64,000 nucleotides of DNA from Acanthaster planci. Its lineage: Eukaryota. Below are positions 61,301 to 64,000 of this stretch, in pieces. A program made the position numbers and the translations under genes. Location of the stretch: the NCBI RefSeq assembly GCF_001949145.1, contig NW_019091358.1, forward strand, positions 3,218,535 through 3,282,534. The letters run 5' to 3'. The first letter of the stretch is position 1. Each line of letters starts with the position of its first letter. Below the pieces are notes generated by a model, which was not told the DNA's origin, made no database searches, and was given only the letters and a program-made list of their open reading frames with translations.

Positions 61301-63461
61301 GTGGGGGTGAGCAAGGGGCAGGCAACTACTCCCCAAAATAAATGACAAACAGCACATTAAAATCACCACAATGGAGGTGCTGTTGGCTATTGATCCACCA
61401 TCTTCCCTTCTCATACGCTTACACAAATGCACGAGACTAAGAAAGAGTTTGGGGAAACCATCTTAAACCATATACCTTCATGTCCTTGTGTATGACCCTG
61501 CCTCGGGACTCGAAGCATCCGTCTGAATCTCTTTGCTGCTTGCGCAGCCAGGCCGTGCTCTTGTCCAAGTCCTCCTGGTCGATGTAGATGTAGCGCTTGG
61601 CCTGGGCGAAGGAGCGCATAACGAAGGCTGTCAGCCAGGTGCTGCCCTCGGGGTCGCTCATGCCAAAGGCCGAGTAGGAGTTGTCGTTCCGCCGATAGTT
61701 CAGCTCCCGCTGGTAGCCGATCTTCATGTTCTCCTTGGCCTTGTTTTCAATAAGAGCACTGAGCTTGTTGATACCTAAAACAAACGGCAAAAAAAGCAGA
61801 TACAAAGAAATTCTGAAGATTCAGAGATTGTGAATGTTAAGAAAATAGTCAGATCGGGGCCAAGAATGCTCCAACGAAATGAAACTTACTCAAGCGTGCA
61901 TAGATAATTGAATCATGAAAAAAATATTTTCTAATCCAAACTAATTAAATACAAAAGTTACTTTAAAAGTTTTTTTGACAGTTCTCAAAATTGTTTCAGC
62001 AAACTCGGGCATACAAAAGATTTAGGTCCAAGTTCATCTGAACCACCAAGCACACATCGCAGTAAAGCATGTAGTTTTTCTGAAGGACAAAATATACTAC
62101 TTACTCGGGACTCAATTCTAACTTTGTCTAAATTCAATGCCCCTTTGCATTTTTACCAGCTTGAGAACATAATCTAAAACTCACTCTAGTGCTTTTAACA
62201 TGGCTTTTTAAAATCTCTTCAACAGTGTCGGATTCTAATGTCCTATCGCTGATCTTAAAATTCTCCCACTGTACCTTTCAGGTAGTGCAGGACAAAGATG
62301 TTGGGGACGAACCCAATCATGTTCTGTTCACCACAACCAGTTGGGATCTTCAGGAGATGGTCAAGGTTACTGATAGTGGGGCCAAGCATGTCTCCTGTGA
62401 ATTACACGATTAGAGGGAACAAAGGACGATAATTGTCAACTTTAAATAACTGAATTGAACACCAATCATATAGTGTCACTTTACTAAATACCAATAACAC
62501 TGACTGGGCCTTTACCACGAGACAAAGTGTCAAAAATGGCAGTGAGAGAAGCCAGGGCACTTGACTGCCATGTTTCACACTTCTTGTTTTTACCCCATGC
62601 CACTCCCCTCCCCCAATCGCTATCAACATGAGGTGGCTCACCAAATCCCACCACGGACCTCAATGCTTGGATGAAATTTTACTTTACCACACAGGTATCG
62701 GCATGAAATGAACAGGGACAAAAGCCTGTGGTGTTACAGTCAAATGCCATTGCTACTGTGTATTTGATGCCCAAGCAAAGACAACACAACTTTGTGCACA
62801 TTCAGACGAAAACCGGGAAAACGTTCTCGAAAGCCAGTGCTGCAGTTGAGACCTCTTATGACCATCACAAGACCCCACAAAACCATCACAAGACCTCCAG
62901 TCTGAAATCAAGTCACAAGCTAGTCAAATGATGAATTACAACCATAAAAATTGTCGTCATTCACCCCGTTACTTGTGACTGGTCTTGTGAAAGGTCTCAT
63001 GATGGTCTCGACTACAACAATGTTCAAAGCACACATGCTTAGATGACTGCATGTTTGTTGGGTCCCATAAACTGGAGCTCTTACACTGAAGTGGTCACCA
63101 TTTTCTCTTCCTGTGTGGGGTCATGATGTGAAAAGGTAGTCAGGTGTCCCCTACTAACAACTAACTTTGCAGTTAAACAGCCCGGGGCATACAGTCATGC
63201 AGGGTCCACACTGCGGCTACATCCAGATCTCACGGCTGTGGCTAAAATTAACATGTGCGTCTATGGAAGGCACTGGCCAACAGCAGTGCAACTACTTTCT
63301 ACAGACAAGCGTGTTAATCCTGGCCATGGTAAGTTGACCGGGACACCCGTGACAGCCGTTCTTACCTGTGACAGTGACAACAGCCCTCTCTGATCCACTC
63401 ACATAGTTGTCTGGCAGATCCCTGAGGGAAATGACCTCTTTGTATGTGTCATCCGGATAAT
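46339..63461 (-). CDS. Thioester-containing protein (alpha-2-macroglobulin/CD109/TEP family), 3' portion; the 5' part lies beyond the window
   Basis: Exons: 63366-63461, 62275-62394, 61476-61774, 60839-60913, 60218-60374, 57040-57269, 55992-56213, (gap)55383-55488, 48561-48729, 46672-46774, 46339-46388. Motifs: [85 protein letters not shown]. Confidence 0.93.
46672..46774 (-). CDS. TEP MG8 exon ([34 protein letters not shown])
   Basis: V.DYY motif; GT/AG boundaries. Confidence 0.9.
47424..48054. mobile_element. TIR element carrying a 69-bp tandem array
   Basis: Ends catggggctagttcaa / ttgaacttgcccatg; inner gttaac motifs near both ends. Confidence 0.55.
47469..47677 (+). repeat. Minisatellite, 3 x 69 bp, near identical
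   Basis: Units start at 47469, 47538 and 47607 (gaatgatcgaatgcaggctagtcaacgatggttggactgg...). Confidence 0.92.
48561..48729 (-). CDS. TEP receptor-binding (MG8) domain exon
   Basis: [14 protein letters not shown]...VFFYFEQ. Confidence 0.92.
50237..50448. mobile_element. MITE with ~45-bp TIRs (possibly PIF/Harbinger-like)
   Basis: aatagaccgtatttacggcgtccccaatttcagt / actgaaattgggaacgctgcgaatacggtctatt. Confidence 0.72.
51029..51784 (+). CDS. Secreted C-type lectin-like domain + PAN/Apple domain protein (251 aa), intronless CDS, nested antisense in a TEP intron
   Basis: Hydrophobic signal peptide; CTLD pattern C..GW......SCY...TW..A...C...GG.LA...E..FI...W...C...C...ICE; PAN pattern C...CS....CRSFN...CLLN...YY; GC-rich coding-like composition; AATAAA at 52030 and 52333. 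Confidence 0.88.
   Translation: MCCVKILLSGLLIWAMSALIGDGCLTSGRHICLEGWARNGQSCYKIFNDHQRTWSQAVRLCKSAGGCLADSTSTSESQFIGALASNCNVSVWYALDTSGCSSDLNQEYFIGNSENCPVMFVAEDVVSSDLADCSSQFYPICERRASLPTVYLHCFAIGARATAGGRGGVKQNSTCLMNHGFMETSVAHPVQCCKACSLEPGCRSFNLLETSGGMQCLLNNATIWEVKSTDYTTRQDCQYYQYTAYPKPSTA
52030..52035 (+). terminator. Candidate polyadenylation signal of the nested lectin-like gene
   Basis: AATAAA about 245 nt after the stop codon; alternative at 52333. Confidence 0.4.
53579..53768. mobile_element. hAT-like MITE with (AAGACC) repeats, copy A
   Basis: cagtgctgtagttaagacc...ggtctcgactacaacacta; inverse homolog at 62835-63022. Confidence 0.75.
54795..55382. other. Assembly gap (588 N)
   Basis: Run of Ns. 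Confidence 1.
55383..55488 (-). CDS. TEP exon truncated by the assembly gap ([21 protein letters not shown]...PCS)
   Basis: cccatag acceptor; YN...PF motif; runs into the Ns. Confidence 0.85.
55992..56213 (-). CDS. TEP exon ([12 protein letters not shown]...[10 protein letters not shown])
   Basis: DTVxALQAL and G.GC motifs; GT/AG boundaries. Confidence 0.92.
56595..56647. mobile_element. Tiny palindromic TTAA-associated element
   Basis: TTAA|ccctaacagtcctcaatcct...aggactgaggactgttataggg; a similar terminus ccctaacagccctgaatcct occurs at 54622. Confidence 0.55.
57040..57269 (-). CDS. TEP exon (HWEG...IEITSYVLL...GGFASTQ)
   Basis: Canonical TED C-terminal motifs; GT/AG boundaries. Confidence 0.92.
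59770..59840. mobile_element. piggyBac-like element end
   Basis: TTAA|CCCCTT, subterminal palindrome gcggcggctatagccgccg, homology to 6374-6472; may extend further right. Confidence 0.68.
60218..60374 (-). CDS. TEP exon ([11 protein letters not shown]...[10 protein letters not shown]...LDMLAV)
   Basis: TED helices; GT/AG boundaries. Confidence 0.9.
60839..60913 (-). CDS. TEP exon ([25 protein letters not shown])
   Basis: LTAYV motif; GT/AG boundaries. Confidence 0.9.
61476..61774 (-). CDS. TEP thioester-domain exon with catalytic His
   Basis: GYQRELNY...STWLTAFV...GRVIHKDMK. Confidence 0.95.
62275..62394 (-). CDS. TEP thioester exon ([39 protein letters not shown])
   Basis: GCGEQ at 62324-62338; not in the ORF track; GT/AG phase 1/1. 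Confidence 0.95.
62835..63022. mobile_element. hAT-like MITE with (AAGACC) repeats, copy B
   Basis: cagtgctgcagttgagacc...ggtctcgactacaacaatg; degenerate 8-bp TSD tcgaaagc/ttcaaagc. Confidence 0.75.
63366..63461 (-). CDS. TEP exon ([13 protein letters not shown]...[10 protein letters not shown])
   Basis: attcag acceptor, G|GTAAG donor; LP..V.GS.RA.V.V.G segment that precedes the thioester domain. Confidence 0.88.
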
Positions 63462-64000
63462 CTGAATAAGGTGGCAAAAAAATCAAAAGTCCAGGGGCAT
63501 CTGTCACTCTACTGAATTCAGCCTGGTTTGAAGCCTGGATGACAAATATTTATAACTAAGAAGTTTTATTTGTCTGCCTTTTTGTTTTTTTAACATTTAT
63601 AAGAAACTTTGGCCATTTCATTTCCCTGTTCTAAAACAGAAGAAACAAAAAACTGACAACTGTGAGACTCCCATGAAAAGCACAGACTCACCCTCAGGAC
63701 AAAAGTAGGCACTGAACACCTGCTCTGTCTCCACTCCTTCTGGCTGGATAATAAATAACACGCCGCAGAAAATTTTACTCTACCCGGCATCCAATGTTGA
63801 TGTTCACCAAAGTTTAAAATTCTGTACTTGTACATTCAGAGACATTTGATCTCTTGGGATCCATCAGCTTCGTAGAACCAAAATGAAACTTGTAAGCATT
63901 GAATTTCAGAGTGTGTTGAAGAGAGAGAGAGATATTATGAGCCTTTACAATCTTCAGTAAACAGGGTTTTTACAATGAACAGAGACAAATGAAAAGAACT

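Overview
AT-rich, intron-containing animal genomic DNA; the repeat repertoire suggests a marine invertebrate, possibly an echinoderm (inference only). I reconstructed three spliced genes on the minus strand, head-to-tail, by reading GT/AG boundaries and checking reading-frame phase. (1) A single-pass receptor-type protein tyrosine phosphatase-like gene (715-13709; last exon not found) with signal peptide, Thr/Pro mucin stalk, TM helix and one PTP domain whose catalytic motifs are degenerate (HCSDGCGR, WPV, no KNRY, altered Q-loop), so probably a pseudophosphatase. (2) A complete MFSD12-like MFS transporter gene (19622-36783, 11 coding exons, 529 aa). (3) The 3' part of a thioester-containing protein gene of the A2M/CD109/TEP family (46339 to beyond 63461), with intact GCGEQ, a catalytic His and no GPI tail. 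An intronless, secreted C-type-lectin-like + PAN/Apple gene (51029-51784) lies on the opposite strand inside one TEP intron. Introns and intergenic DNA carry many non-autonomous transposons (TTAA/piggyBac-like, hAT-like, Sola1-like, Tc1/pogo-like, a Helentron/DINE-type element, a truncated LINE, a 31-bp P-like micro-element). A 588-nt N gap lies at 54795-55382. No rRNA, tRNA or CRISPR array was seen.
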